Shown piece after piece: positions 17,804 to 28,738 of a DNA stretch of 64,000 bases. Under the pieces are notes generated by a model. That model did no database searches. It was not told the origin of the DNA and was given only the letters and a program-made list of their open reading frames with translations. Position numbers and translations under genes: made by a program. Source of the DNA: a virus (Duplodnaviria > Caudoviricetes); the IMG/VR virus record IMGVR_UViG_3300032038_000015, positions 67,992 through 131,991 of that record; one strand, written 5' to 3'. Numbering within the stretch: the stretch's first letter is position 1; each line of letters starts with the position of its first letter.

Positions 17804-20800
17804 TTAATCCTCCATATATTCCATGTCGTCCAAATGATAAACACGATCATGAATATCACCATACCTACCCTGATTACCACCATTTTTTGCAGTACCAATA
17901 TAACCACAAACTCTAAATGCTATATCCATTGTTGTATTGTCAGTATTCCCACAGCTAGGACATTCCCATTTAAGTCTATTGTTTTCATCTGATACAAGAG
18001 GAATATCACCATCAAAGCCACATTTTTCACAATAACAACTCTTTGTGTTAATCTCTGCATACATGATGTTGTTATAAATAAATTTAATAACTTCTAATAT
18101 AGCAGGAATATTATGACTCATACTTGGTACTTCGATATATGAAATTGCTCCTCCTGGACTTAATTTCTGGAATTTTGATTCGATTCTTAACTTTTCAAAT
18201 GCCGTGATATGTTCAAAGACAGGAATATGGTAAGAATTAGTAATATAATTTCTATCAAAACCATCTAATTTTTCAAAGATGTCGCTACCGAAACGAGATT
18301 TTAGACACTTTGCAAATTTGTAAGTTGTGGACTCTAATGGTGTTCCGTACAAACTATAGTCAATGTTTTCAGCTTGTTTCCACTGATTACATTTATCATT
18401 TAACGCCTGCATAACCTTTAATCCAAATTCTTCGCCAATCCCTTCATCGGAATGAGAATGACCAGTCATAAATTTTACACATTCATATAAACCAGCATAA
18501 CCAAGCGAGATTGTAGAATAACCATCATAAAGAAGTCTGTCAATTTTTTCATGTTTCTTTAATCTTGCATATGCTCCATGTTGCCATAAAATAGGTGCTA
18601 CATCAGAAGATGTACCAAGCAATCTCTCGTGTCTTGCCCTAAGTGCTTTATGACACAACTCAGTTCTTTCCTTAAAGATTTCCCAAAACTTATCAAAATC
18701 TCCGTCAGATGAGAAAGCAATATCTGGAAGTGAAATCGTTACAACACCCTGATTGAATCGTCCATAATATTTATGTTTATTCGGATCAAAGTTCTTTGCA
18801 TTTGCAATATTTCCCACTTTATCCGTAAATCTATCTACAGTAAGGAAACTTCGGCAATTGTGGCTATAAATACCACTAACTTCAAAATGTTCACTAGATG
18901 TTGTCACATCATAACTATACATTTCTTTGTGAATCGGATTAATCTTGATAACCTCTGATTCAATAGCATATCCTGATACATTTGATTCAATATAGTTATC
19001 ACATTTCTTTTTGCATACAATGTAATTAACTAATTCATCAGTTGGGTAAAATTCAACCCTATATCTAATCAATTCTGGATTTTTCTTTGTGTAATGATTA
19101 TGATAAATTTTAGCTGGGATTCCAATAGATTGTGCTAACGCCATTTGCTGAAGTGCCAATTCTTTATTAGTAGAACCGATTTGAACAGTAGAAAAGTTAT
19201 TTTCATTTTGATGTGAATTGATATATCCGTCAGCATCAATCATTCCTGCAAAAAAGGCAAGCTTCGCTTCATAATTCCATGAGAATACTTCATTCGGAAT
19301 TTGTCTATTTACTTTATTGATACCACCAAATTTTGATGTAAAATAATTTGTCACATATTGAATTCCACCGTTATTATCTGAAATTGCACATAAATCTTTG
19401 TATGTTCCTTTTTTACCACGTTCTTGTAGAACTGTTTTAACATTCAGTCCGAAATACTTAGTAAATGTATTGCTAAATTTTTCTTCAATTTCATCTTCTC
19501 CTGTTGCAGCAATAGACGCAAATACATGATTATTTTGATAACATCCATCACATAACATAAATCCCAATAGCCATGCTTTATCAGCATTGAACAGAATTGA
19601 TTCTTCCTTATATTGATTTGAGTTGATTAAGATTTTGTCTCCAAGTTTCAATTCTGATGCGTGTACATTTCTGCCATCTCTTAATGTTAATGGATGATCC
19701 GTTGTACATAATAATCTTCTACCATTAGAAAAGTCCACATCCAACCATTCACTTGATACATTACGAATAATTCTTTTTGTATCAACAAATCCTTTTTTTG
19801 TATCATAAATCGTTACTTCTGATAAATCCATATATAAATTAGGATTATCTTCGGAATACTGGTGTTTGATTTCAAATGAATCAGACAACCTCCTCCACAT
19901 TCTTTCGAATGATTCTACATATAAATTATTCTTAATCTTATATGTAATAAGTTCTTTTCCGTCAACGCATCCCATACATGTATAAACATCACCCTTTAAT
20001 TCAAGCATCATTTTTTCGGATATGTAATCAGGGACAAGTCTCTTAGATGAACATTCAGCAGCTAATTCTGTAAGATACCAATATTTAGAATCTTCTGTAA
20101 TGTTATCTTCTTCTAATACATAAATAAGCTTTGGAAATGCAGGAGCAATATAAACACCTTTTTCATTCTTCACCCCTTGAATTCTCTGGTGAAGCATTTC
20201 TTCAATTAACATTGCCAAGTCAGCTTTCTCACATTCATTTTTTGCTTCGTTTAAATACATAAAAATTGTGATAAAAGGTGCTTGTCCATTTGTTGTCATA
20301 AGCGTGACCAACTGATACTGGATTGTTTGAACACCTTTTTCTATTTCTTCTTTTAATCGTTTATTGGTGATATGAACAACTTCTGCGAGTTCTTCATTAT
20401 ACTCACTAATCAATCCATTATTAAATAACTCTTCTGTTACTTTTTTTCTAATTGATTTTCTACTTACATCAACAAATGGGGCTAAGTGTGCTAGAGAAAT
20501 ACTCTGCCCACCATACTGATTACTGGCAATCTGAGCAATAGCCTGCGTTTCGATATTGCAAGCAGTTGAAAAACTATGTGGCGTTTCAATAAGAGTTTCG
20601 CTAATTACAGTATTATTTTGAAGCATATCTTCAGAATTGACCAACCCACAGTTATGCATGTGCTGCAAGAAATAATCAGCATCATGAAAATGAATTAGTC
20701 CATCATTATGAGCCTGAATAATTTCAGGAGATAATAAATATCTTTTTGTTATATCTGTGCTAACAGATCCAGCAATATAATCTCTTTTGGTAGGATTTAA

Positions 20801-21166
20801 TACTGGATTTTTATTTGCATTTTCATCCTTCCAATATTCGTCTTTATCTTCTACAAGATCATGGATCTCTATGTCTGTTGTATTCTCGTTATCTCTCTGA
20901 AACTCACGAATACTTCTATACCCCTCGTATGCTTTTGCTGTAAGTCTCTGCTTCTTAGTAATCAATTTATCATAAACCATTGATTCAATATCAGAGATGC
21001 TTACTTCTTCTTTATCCTTACATTCATTTTCGATTTCATCTGCAATGTCTTCAGCAATCTTTGGTTTTACAATACCTGAACCATTTTTCATAGCTTTAAG
21101 AATTGCAGTTGAGATTTTTGATTTGTCAAAATCAACTTCTGAACAATCTCTCTTAATTATCGTCAT
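17804..21166 (-). CDS. nrdD: Class III ribonucleotide reductase with ATP cone and intein
   Basis: IHFHD, QYGGQS, MG|CRSFL, YITNSYH, zinc-finger CxxC pairs and glycyl-radical motif RVCGYIG. Confidence 0.96.
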   Translation of the reverse strand: MTIIKRDCSEVDFDKSKISTAILKAMKNGSGIVKPKIAEDIADEIENECKDKEEVSISDIESMVYDKLITKKQRLTAKAYEGYRSIREFQRDNENTTDIEIHDLVEDKDEYWKDENANKNPVLNPTKRDYIAGSVSTDITKRYLLSPEIIQAHNDGLIHFHDADYFLQHMHNCGLVNSEDMLQNNTVISETLIETPHSFSTACNIETQAIAQIASNQYGGQSISLAHLAPFVDVSRKSIRKKVTEELFNNGLISEYNEELAEVVHITNKRLKEEIEKGVQTIQYQLVTLMTTNGQAPFITIFMYLNEAKNECEKADLAMLIEEMLHQRIQGVKNEKGVYIAPAFPKLIYVLEEDNITEDSKYWYLTELAAECSSKRLVPDYISEKMMLELKGDVYTCMGCVDGKELITYKIKNNLYVESFERMWRRLSDSFEIKHQYSEDNPNLYMDLSEVTIYDTKKGFVDTKRIIRNVSSEWLDVDFSNGRRLLCTTDHPLTLRDGRNVHASELKLGDKILINSNQYKEESILFNADKAWLLGFMLCDGCYQNNHVFASIAATGEDEIEEKFSNTFTKYFGLNVKTVLQERGKKGTYKDLCAISDNNGGIQYVTNYFTSKFGGINKVNRQIPNEVFSWNYEAKLAFFAGMIDADGYINSHQNENNFSTVQIGSTNKELALQQMALAQSIGIPAKIYHNHYTKKNPELIRYRVEFYPTDELVNYIVCKKKCDNYIESNVSGYAIESEVIKINPIHKEMYSYDVTTSSEHFEVSGIYSHNCRSFLTVDRFTDKVGNIANAKNFDPNKHKYYGRFNQGVVTISLPDIAFSSDGDFDKFWEIFKERTELCHKALRARHERLLGTSSDVAPILWQHGAYARLKKHEKIDRLLYDGYSTISLGYAGLYECVKFMTGHSHSDEGIGEEFGLKVMQALNDKCNQWKQAENIDYSLYGTPLESTTYKFAKCLKSRFGSDIFEKLDGFDRNYITNSYHIPVFEHITAFEKLRIESKFQKLSPGGAISYIEVPSMSHNIPAILEVIKFIYNNIMYAEINTKSCYCEKCGFDGDIPLVSDENNRLKWECPSCGNTDNTTMDIAFRVCGYIGTAKNGGNQGRYGDIHDRVYHLDDMEYMED
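18857..19969 (-). mobile_element. Intein with LAGLIDADG homing endonuclease (371 aa)
   Basis: Begins CVDG, block B TTDHPL, LGFMLCDG and FAGMIDADG motifs, ends SHN before Cys. Confidence 0.93.
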
Positions 21167-21489
21167 TAATTTTCCTCCTGTGAAATAAATGTCCTTCTAT
21201 ACCATCTATCAGCTTTATACGAATGCCATTTTTCAATGACATTTTCAACTGTAGTATCACTTAATTCTTTGTTAAATAAGTATTTAATCTGCTCAATGTT
21301 CATTATAACATCAGATAATTCTTCAAAAAGATTTTCTCTAACTTCTTCTTCTGATTTTGGAGTTAAACCTTTTGTTGTTCTACGGTATTTTAAACATGAC
21401 TGTATAAGTTCTGCACATTCTTCTGATAACTGGCATAGAATCTCTTCTTTTCCAAGTTTGTCTGCGATTTCAAATACTTTTTTATCCAC
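21166..21489 (-). CDS. MazG-like NTP pyrophosphohydrolase
   Basis: EECAELIQ...EELSDV motif. GTG start after AAGGAG. Confidence 0.7.
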   Translation of the reverse strand: MDKKVFEIADKLGKEEILCQLSEECAELIQSCLKYRRTTKGLTPKSEEEVRENLFEELSDVIMNIEQIKYLFNKELSDTTVENVIEKWHSYKADRWYRRTFISQEEN

Positions 21490-21841
21490 TTTTATCTCCT
21501 TCCTTAATTCCACAAGAAATCAACCTTTCATCATGGCTTCTTTTTATTATTCTTATTCTTGTGTTGCCAAATCATATCATCCAATTCTTCTATCATATAA
21601 TAGATAGGTACAAAAATAATAAGGCACACAAGAAATACACTAACTACAACAATATCACTCATATTTATTCTGTCTCCAAATCTTTTATCTTTACTTTTAA
21701 CGATTCTAGTTTCTTGTACTTTTCAGAGTCATATTTGGTATGATCTTTTATGATCATATGTGTTTGCTCATTACAAATAAGTTCTATAAGCATCTTCTTT
21801 TCATCCTTACTAACACCAGACACATTTTTTTCACCACCCAT

Positions 21842-22027
21842 CTATCTTAACGTATTGATTCCTTTATTTTCACGAATATTCAAATTTATTTTAGGGGTTG
21901 GATAACCATTAACTTGAATACTCTCAACTATATATTCTCTATCTTCTTTCTTGTCGTGAACAATAATGAAATCATCCTCTAATTTACTTAACTCCCTTAT
22001 CAACATTCTACTTGTGCTAATCACCCT
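21842..22027 (-). CDS. Hypothetical protein (start approximate)
   Basis: 3' part of ORF 21842..22102 downstream of gmk. Confidence 0.45.
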   Translation of the reverse strand, partial: RVISTSRMLIRELSKLEDDFIIVHDKKEDREYIVESIQVNGYPTPKINLNIRENKGINTLR

Positions 22028-22610
22028 ATGCTTCCACCACACTTTCTTTGCAAAATTTAATAATGTTACTTGTGTGTTCAGCGATAGAAGTATCATTATC
22101 ATTTACAATTGTTAAATCAGCAATCTGCTTCATTCCCATAAACATACCAAAATCTCTTTCAACCCTAGATGCTAATTCATCCTTGTCAGAAAATGTAAAA
22201 TCTTTATCTCCAATTCTATCTATGTAACGTTTCATTCTTACGCCTAATGGGCAGGTTATATAAATAACTTTATACTGAATGTTATTAACATCTAATGTTT
22301 TTTTGGCTTGTCTCACTCCATTAGGTGTAAGAATAACAACCTTGTCATTTGCTGGATTGGTTATGTAATCTGCTGTTAATGTACCATATAATCTATCTTG
22401 AGAATATTCTTCATTTTCAGCCATCAACCCGTTATTTTTCATAAATTCAAAGCAACTATTTGAGATAAAATGATAATCAACGCCATCTTTTTCACCTTCT
22501 CTTGGAAAACGAGTTGTATATGAAACGATGTTCTCATATCCATTTTTAACTAACCAATCCTTTATTGTATCTTTCCCACTACCAGATTCTCCACATAAAA
22601 TGATAACCAT
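22026..22610 (-). CDS. gmk: Guanylate kinase-like protein
   Basis: P-loop GESGSGKDT, SYTTRFPREGEKDGVDYHF, YGT. Confidence 0.9.
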   Translation of the reverse strand: MVIILCGESGSGKDTIKDWLVKNGYENIVSYTTRFPREGEKDGVDYHFISNSCFEFMKNNGLMAENEEYSQDRLYGTLTADYITNPANDKVVILTPNGVRQAKKTLDVNNIQYKVIYITCPLGVRMKRYIDRIGDKDFTFSDKDELASRVERDFGMFMGMKQIADLTIVNDNDTSIAEHTSNIIKFCKESVVEA

Positions 22611-22757
22611 TTATTTTTCCTCCTCTAAAATTAAATTGATAATTTTTCCATCGTTGATTTCTAAATGATAACCTTCATTATATAAAGCATCGCAATCATA
22701 AATGGTTATCATATCCAGTTCTGCAATTTTATTATAATCCATAATACAAACTCCTTC

Positions 22758-23552
22758 CTATTTATATACTCTTATTTTTACAATCTTACCAGCAAAAGCA
22801 CTTGAAGCATAACTCACATCACCCATTCTTCTTGCTTGTCTTGGTAAATATGATGTATTTACTACAAATTCTGTTATAGAACCATCACTATGTATTCGAT
22901 GATTGCTTACTGTGTCTTTATCAGCCTTACAGTCGGCTAGAATACATTTTAATACGTGTGTTTTACCATTTTTGCTCAACACAAGGTCAATTTTTGTACC
23001 AATTTTCGTAGTGTAATAGCTACCAACTGCTACGCAATATCTATCTCCCACCATGTATACGCCAGTATTATAATCAAGTCGCCAACTACGCTTCAAACGA
23101 CCTTGTGGAATGCTTGTACTATTTGTTATACAAGAACCACTTTCATAGCTTTTAAACGAATTGTTACTAGGTGATGGATATTCTATATATCTTTTTCTCT
23201 TATTTTTCTTTTTGCTTGTGTATTTTTTACACACATATCGTTTTTTACCTTTATACATAATTGACAGCCATTTCTTATTATCACTGATTACCTTAATTTT
23301 GTTGTTAAAATGTAATTTTGCAACAGCCTTCGATTTTGTAGTTGGTCTTACACGCACATTAAGTACATCTGCTTTTACATATCTTATTTTAAATTTCTTT
23401 TTCTTTGTTGGTTGTTGTGGTTGTACAGTAATTAAATCGTTTTTGTCAGTTATTGCACTTCCAGTTGTTGTCATATTCCCTGCCACTACTGGCAAGGGCT
23501 GTTGAATAGCTAACGCTATAGCCATAGTTAAGAATAATTTTCTTTTAATCAT
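22758..23552 (-). CDS. Secreted SH3b-domain cell-wall-associated protein
   Basis: Signal peptide, VLNVRVRPTTKS SH3b pattern, C-terminal domain with YCVAVGSYY and LADCKAD. Confidence 0.7.
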   Translation of the reverse strand: MIKRKLFLTMAIALAIQQPLPVVAGNMTTTGSAITDKNDLITVQPQQPTKKKKFKIRYVKADVLNVRVRPTTKSKAVAKLHFNNKIKVISDNKKWLSIMYKGKKRYVCKKYTSKKKNKRKRYIEYPSPSNNSFKSYESGSCITNSTSIPQGRLKRSWRLDYNTGVYMVGDRYCVAVGSYYTTKIGTKIDLVLSKNGKTHVLKCILADCKADKDTVSNHRIHSDGSITEFVVNTSYLPRQARRMGDVSYASSAFAGKIVKIRVYK

Positions 23553-23603
23553 ACATGCCTCCTAATTGAGTGTTGTCATTAGTTACAATTATTTATTCTC
23601 TCT

Positions 23604-24197
23604 TTATATCCAGCTAAAAGTTGGCTTGTCATTATATTGCTTATTCCAAATAACCCAAACAAACATTTTTGTACCACCATTTTTTGGTTTTTCCTCTCCA
23701 TAAGGAAACATAGTTACTCTATCAGAATGAATATACATATGCTGTATATGACTGTTTTCTAACAATTCCTTTCTATCCTTACTAGATAGGAAGAAAATAT
23801 TTACAAGCAATATAACCTTTTGTCTTGAAATCCTCAGAAATTCTTTTAAAAGACTGCCACCTTTACATTCTTTTAAGGTCATTAAATTGTATGGTGGATT
23901 TGTGACTATAACGTCACATGAATTATCTTCTATGTCATATACATTTATTCCCTTTTCTCCTCTTACAAAATCAGCAGTTTGAATGTCAGAATTCTTTACA
24001 TTTTCAAACCCATATTTTTCAAGAACGTTTGATATAGCACCTGCTCCACTACAAGGCTCAAGAATATCATCTTGTTTAGTTATGTATCCATCTCTCAACA
24101 TTGCGTCTAAAGCTTTTTCTGTAGCCCATGTTGGAGTTTCATAAAAATCATATACATCATTTTTCTTTCTTCCTGTTATTGAAAGACCATTACTCAT
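23604..24197 (-). CDS. DNA amino-methyltransferase
   Basis: DFYETP, LEPCSGAG (SAM binding), TNPPY. Confidence 0.85.
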   Translation of the reverse strand: MSNGLSITGRKKNDVYDFYETPTWATEKALDAMLRDGYITKQDDILEPCSGAGAISNVLEKYGFENVKNSDIQTADFVRGEKGINVYDIEDNSCDVIVTNPPYNLMTLKECKGGSLLKEFLRISRQKVILLVNIFFLSSKDRKELLENSHIQHMYIHSDRVTMFPYGEEKPKNGGTKMFVWVIWNKQYNDKPTFSWI

Positions 24198-24199
24198 AT

Positions 24200-25489
24200 T
24201 TATTTATTCTCCTTCTCTTCATCATCTGGAATTGATTTGTCAAAACGAACACCAAGATAGATTGGGAATTGTAAAGATTTTAGATTTGTTTTCTTATCTG
24301 TTGTGACTTCCTTGTATTTAACATCTACGATGTGATTTAGAATTTCATCTTTATGTGACCAATAATAAACTCTCTGTTCATCTGTGAATCCGCTACCTAC
24401 ATTAACTGTATTATCATAATATTTACAAACAATTGCACCTAATCGACCTTTGTTACGACCAGTTCCTTCTTCAATACCAACAACTCTAAGTGAAGTATCA
24501 AAAAATTTCTTGACCTTGATAAGTGTTTTTACTCGTTTGCATTCATATGGTGTATCAAGATTTATCATACAACCTTCCCAATCATTCTCTTCGGCATAAT
24601 CTAACCACTTCCAAATTTGAGAATGATCAGTTCCTTCATATACCATTGTCACAAGTTCAAGATTTTCTGTTGGATTATTTTTGAGATTTTCAGCGAATTG
24701 CTTTAGATATGTATTTTTTCTGTCAGAATAAGATAATTTAGATTTTCCTTGCCGAAATTCTTCTAATGGGAAAATATCAAATACCACAAGTTTGAGATTG
24801 GATTTGTCATCACTCTTACTCATTGCAATCCCAGTACCTTTTTGAAATGCTTCTGAATCAGATAGTCCTTCCTTATTCTTATATAGAAGTTCACCATCTA
24901 CGAACATGTTTTCATATCCCATATTCTTTAAATCAGAAATAATATGCTCAAGACCTGTGTACTCCTTTCCTTGTCGTGTCATACACTTGTTGCCAACAAA
25001 TGCTGTGCGTGTTCCATTTAATTTGCGACTAATTGAGATTGATTCATTTGGTTTTATTTTGCACTTCTCAATTGGTGTACCTAACATTACGTCAAATGTT
25101 GGTATAAGACCAGGAATTACTTTATTGACAACCTTTTTATCACAACCCAAACGGAACTTTTTTGTCACCATTTGTTTATAAAACTCTTGATATTCTTCGG
25201 GCTGATTTTCGATAAATCCTTGTACTGTTCCAATATCCATATCACTACCTGAATTAAACTCTAATAAGTATTTCATTACTTCTTCAAAAGAGTTCAATTC
25301 TGTTCCTGACATACCAACGAATTTATTTAATTTTTTATCACTAATGCCAGTTATAATGTTCGAATCGAGCAAGAACACTAAACATTTTTTGAATAATTCG
25401 TTATTTTTATTGGCTTCAATGATAGATTTTTTATCGTTTATGCTACTTGTATTTTGAATTTGTTTAAATATTTTAATTACTTTTTCCAT
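24200..25489 (-). CDS. ATP-dependent DNA ligase
   Basis: RKLNG adenylation motif, DGEL, VFDI, EGCM, KVK, VGSGF, LQFP. Confidence 0.93.
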   Translation of the reverse strand: MEKVIKIFKQIQNTSSINDKKSIIEANKNNELFKKCLVFLLDSNIITGISDKKLNKFVGMSGTELNSFEEVMKYLLEFNSGSDMDIGTVQGFIENQPEEYQEFYKQMVTKKFRLGCDKKVVNKVIPGLIPTFDVMLGTPIEKCKIKPNESISISRKLNGTRTAFVGNKCMTRQGKEYTGLEHIISDLKNMGYENMFVDGELLYKNKEGLSDSEAFQKGTGIAMSKSDDKSNLKLVVFDIFPLEEFRQGKSKLSYSDRKNTYLKQFAENLKNNPTENLELVTMVYEGTDHSQIWKWLDYAEENDWEGCMINLDTPYECKRVKTLIKVKKFFDTSLRVVGIEEGTGRNKGRLGAIVCKYYDNTVNVGSGFTDEQRVYYWSHKDEILNHIVDVKYKEVTTDKKTNLKSLQFPIYLGVRFDKSIPDDEEKENK

Positions 25490-25520
25490 TTATTTTCCTT
25501 TCCTAAGAAATGAACATTTA

Positions 25521-26243
25521 CTATCCTTCATACATAATCAGTTCTTTTGCATATGGAAGAGACTCTACCCATTTACAAAATGTATCCACCCACTCCTCTT
25601 TGAGTCTATGATGTCTACGCTGAAAATACATATTACGAATTTCCGCATAATTTGTGTCCCATGTTCTCATCTGTTCAAACCCTTCTGGTAACATACGCTT
25701 TGCCCTAACAAGAAGACGGTTCATTTTTTCATTATCTTTTGTTGTTTTCTGTATTTCCTTATATTCCAAACGAAGAGATTCAAGTTTGCTTACTGTATAA
25801 GTCCACCAATCAATATCTTCCTCACAGAAAACAAACATATCCAAAGTAATTGGATTATCATTATTAAGTAATTTGTGCATGGTTGAACAACTATTTTTTG
25901 TATTAAAATGATAAGTATCACCTTCAGACCACCAGTATCTAGGCATATCTACATCTACAGCAACATGAATCATTCTCATAAATTTGCAATGTTCTGAACC
26001 AGTTTTAATGAGAGTCTGTGCAAGTTTCATGTCATTATCACCTATAATAAAAGGTTCACCGCCATCATCTCCATACATATAACATTTATCTGTATCAAAA
26101 TTTTTACAAAATTCTGAACAGTGTTTGCCAGATGGTGTTTTTAGACAATTAAAACTATCACTCTTATGCCAGCTATTCTTCGGATTTCTCATCCCACGGA
26201 GACTATGTTCAAATCCCCAAACTTCTGTATTCTCAAACTTCAA
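25521..26243 (-). CDS. ThyX-related phage protein
   Basis: H.KFMR, PRYWWSE, NSCSTMH, LPEG, QRRHHRL.EW pattern of phage Thy1-like proteins. Confidence 0.55.
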   Translation of the reverse strand: MKFENTEVWGFEHSLRGMRNPKNSWHKSDSFNCLKTPSGKHCSEFCKNFDTDKCYMYGDDGGEPFIIGDNDMKLAQTLIKTGSEHCKFMRMIHVAVDVDMPRYWWSEGDTYHFNTKNSCSTMHKLLNNDNPITLDMFVFCEEDIDWWTYTVSKLESLRLEYKEIQKTTKDNEKMNRLLVRAKRMLPEGFEQMRTWDTNYAEIRNMYFQRRHHRLKEEWVDTFCKWVESLPYAKELIMYEG

Positions 26244-26318
26244 TTTTATTCCTCCTATTTTATAAACAAATGAAAATTCAATTTCTTTTTATTTATTCTA
26301 TTTAATTCCATAACTTTC

Positions 26319-26609
26319 TTACTTTAATAAATCTGATAATTTACTACCCATATATTCCTTTACTCTATCTTTCCATTCTACTTTTATTTCTTGAACGGCT
26401 TCTTCTATAATATTCTCTTGTAGAGTGTCGTTTATATCATCTGGTGAAATTAAATAATAATGTGAATTTCTCAAATCTGCCTCTACTTGCCTTACAATTA
26501 TATCTATAATTTTACTTTTTAATTCATCTATCCCATCTGCACCCAATAATGAATATAACGGAGTTTTACTTATTTCGTTTTCTATGTATCCTAATCTATC
26601 TTCTCTCAT
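26319..26609 (-). CDS. Hypothetical protein
   Basis: ORF with RBS in operon orientation. Confidence 0.65.
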   Translation of the reverse strand: MREDRLGYIENEISKTPLYSLLGADGIDELKSKIIDIIVRQVEADLRNSHYYLISPDDINDTLQENIIEEAVQEIKVEWKDRVKEYMGSKLSDLLK

Positions 26610-26631
26610 TATTTATCTTTCTCCAATCTTT

Positions 26632-26850
26632 TTATAAAAATTCTTCGTTAGCCAATGTTATTTGTATATAACAATCATCGCTCACAAAACCAATAATAAA
26701 TGCACCATTGTGTGAAAACGTAATAACTTCAGTATCATTATTTTGAGCTTTCATAATTTCTATCGCAAACTTTCTAACTGCTATACGCTGCAACATTTTG
26801 AATTTTTTACGAATTCTATTACTAGCCCACAACCAACCATATCCAATACC
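26632..26850 (-). pseudogene. 3' part of gene interrupted by the TnpB element
   Basis: Open frame GIGYGWLWASNR... starts exactly at the IS right end. Confidence 0.5.
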
Positions 26851-26972
26851 GTGAACTACCCACGAGCTAAAGCTCGTTGGCTTCTTGCTTCATCGTCCTC
26901 GTATCTTTTACAAATGTAAAAGCATTTCCTACTAACTCCACAAGCGTAAATTCCGACAGTTCCTGCCGTACT
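26851..26972 (-). ncRNA. omegaRNA (reRNA) of TnpB-1
   Basis: Structured right-end region GTACGGCAGGAACTGTCGGAATTTACGCTTGTGGAG...GAAGCAAGAAGCC...TTCAC after the tnpB stop. Confidence 0.7.
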
Positions 26973-26993
26973 AAATATTATTTATGCCGATTC

Positions 26994-28094
26994 TTACAAT
27001 ATTCTTAAACCTTCATTGAGAATATTCTTTGCAGCATTAACATCTCTGTCATGAACAGTACCACATTGAGGACAAATCCATTCTCTTACGGATAAATCCT
27101 TTGTGCCTGAATTAACATAACCACAACAGTTACAAGTCTGAGATGAAGCATAGAATCTATCAACTTTAATATATTGACGATTATTCCATTCTGCTTTATA
27201 ACTTAATTGTCTTGTTAATTCATACCATCCACAATCTGAAATTGCCTTGGCAAGATTATGATTCTTTACCATATTAGATACTGCCAAATCCTCACTTACG
27301 ATTACTTGGTTTTCGCTAATCAACTTATGAGAGATTTTATGTAGATTATCAATTCTGGTATTATGAATCTTTTCATGTATTCTTGCTACTTTTATTCTCT
27401 GTTTATTCCAATTCTTACTACCTTTTACTTTATGAAACAATTTTCGTTGTTCCTTTGCTAATTTATCTTGATATTTCTTGGTAGTATGTATATTGTCAAA
27501 CTTTTCTCCATCAGAGGTGATAAGTAAATCTTTAATGCCTAAATCAATACCAACCATTCTGCCAGTAGATTCCATTGAAATATGTTCTATTTCTACTAAA
27601 ACAGATACAAAATATTTTCCAGATGGAACTTGTGAGATAGTAGCAGATTTAATCTTACCTATGAACTCACGATGTATTTTTGCTTTAACCCATTTGAGTT
27701 TTGGTAATTTAATTTCATTATTCTCAAAAGATATTTCGATGTTTCCATTTGTAAAATTAGTTGAGTATGACTTTTTATTATTATGTTTACTTTTAAATTT
27801 GGGATATCCAGAATGTTCTTTGAAGAACTTCTGATATGCAGAATCCATATTGTAAATTGCATTCGTGAGAGCAAATTTATCTACTTCTTTTAACCATTCG
27901 TACTCCTTTTTGAGAATTTGATTACAATAATTATTACAAGAAGTTTTATTCATAGATTCTTTTTGTGTTTCATACATTTCTTTTCTATGAGATAGCGTTT
28001 GATTATATACAAACCTACAACATCCAAATGTTTTCTGAATTTGTTCTTCTTGCTGTTTATTTGGATATAATCTGTATTTATAGGCTTTTAACAT
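26994..28094 (-). CDS. tnpB: TnpB RNA-guided nuclease
   Basis: KAYKYRLYP HTH, RuvC GIDLG / SEDL / DRDVNAA intact, zinc finger. Confidence 0.95.
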   Translation of the reverse strand: MLKAYKYRLYPNKQQEEQIQKTFGCCRFVYNQTLSHRKEMYETQKESMNKTSCNNYCNQILKKEYEWLKEVDKFALTNAIYNMDSAYQKFFKEHSGYPKFKSKHNNKKSYSTNFTNGNIEISFENNEIKLPKLKWVKAKIHREFIGKIKSATISQVPSGKYFVSVLVEIEHISMESTGRMVGIDLGIKDLLITSDGEKFDNIHTTKKYQDKLAKEQRKLFHKVKGSKNWNKQRIKVARIHEKIHNTRIDNLHKISHKLISENQVIVSEDLAVSNMVKNHNLAKAISDCGWYELTRQLSYKAEWNNRQYIKVDRFYASSQTCNCCGYVNSGTKDLSVREWICPQCGTVHDRDVNAAKNILNEGLRIL

Positions 28095-28288
28095 TTACTT
28101 ATCACCTCCTCTAATGTATATTCTATGTTTTGTACGGCTCTTTACCCATCAGCTAAAGCTAATGGGATTGCGAGCCTATTTTATTTTCAATTTTTTTCTA
28201 TACAAACACCATTTACCGATGAACCACACATAAATTCATTGCATTCTTTTCCTGGTCTTGGACAACTCATATAACGATCCTCCTCTTG

Positions 28289-28723
28289 TTACTTCAATAA
28301 CATGTAAATCGCCCACGGATAATAGATATAATCTAACACCACATTAAAAAGCAATTGGAATCTGTGGAACTTAAAATCTTCAATATTGTAACTAAAAGCT
28401 GTTTTTACTTCTGATAAGCTTACACCAAATGACCATAAGCAAGTGAATACCTGTAATGCAGACATTACAATAAATTCAGTTGTTCCAATTTTGTTTCCTA
28501 ACACTATGTAAAAGATGATTAAGAATAGTTCCATGAAGAATACAATCAATATTGTACCACCTTGCATTGCATCGCTTAATGGTTTTCCATTATTATTCTC
28601 TTTACTTTTTGCGAGCTGTTTAATCATTCTCTTTCGCCATAGTGTTTTACTTAATGCACTTGGCGTACCTTTAATTCTAAAAAACATCAAAATAAATAAA
28701 ATTGTTAAAGCTAAAATCTTCAT
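28289..28723 (-). CDS. Membrane protein
   Basis: Several hydrophobic segments. Confidence 0.7.
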   Translation of the reverse strand: MKILALTILFILMFFRIKGTPSALSKTLWRKRMIKQLAKSKENNNGKPLSDAMQGGTILIVFFMELFLIIFYIVLGNKIGTTEFIVMSALQVFTCLWSFGVSLSEVKTAFSYNIEDFKFHRFQLLFNVVLDYIYYPWAIYMLLK

Positions 28724-28738
28724 GCTATATTATTCTCC

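Larger units (their letters stand above)
26851..28185 (-). mobile_element. IS200/IS605-family (IS1341-type, tnpB-only) element
   Basis: Left-end hairpin CCCATTAGCTTTAGCTGATGGG and right-end hairpin CCAACGAGCTTTAGCTCGTGGG-TAGTTCAC. TTGAA immediately upstream (putative target motif; left boundary approximate). Confidence 0.85.
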
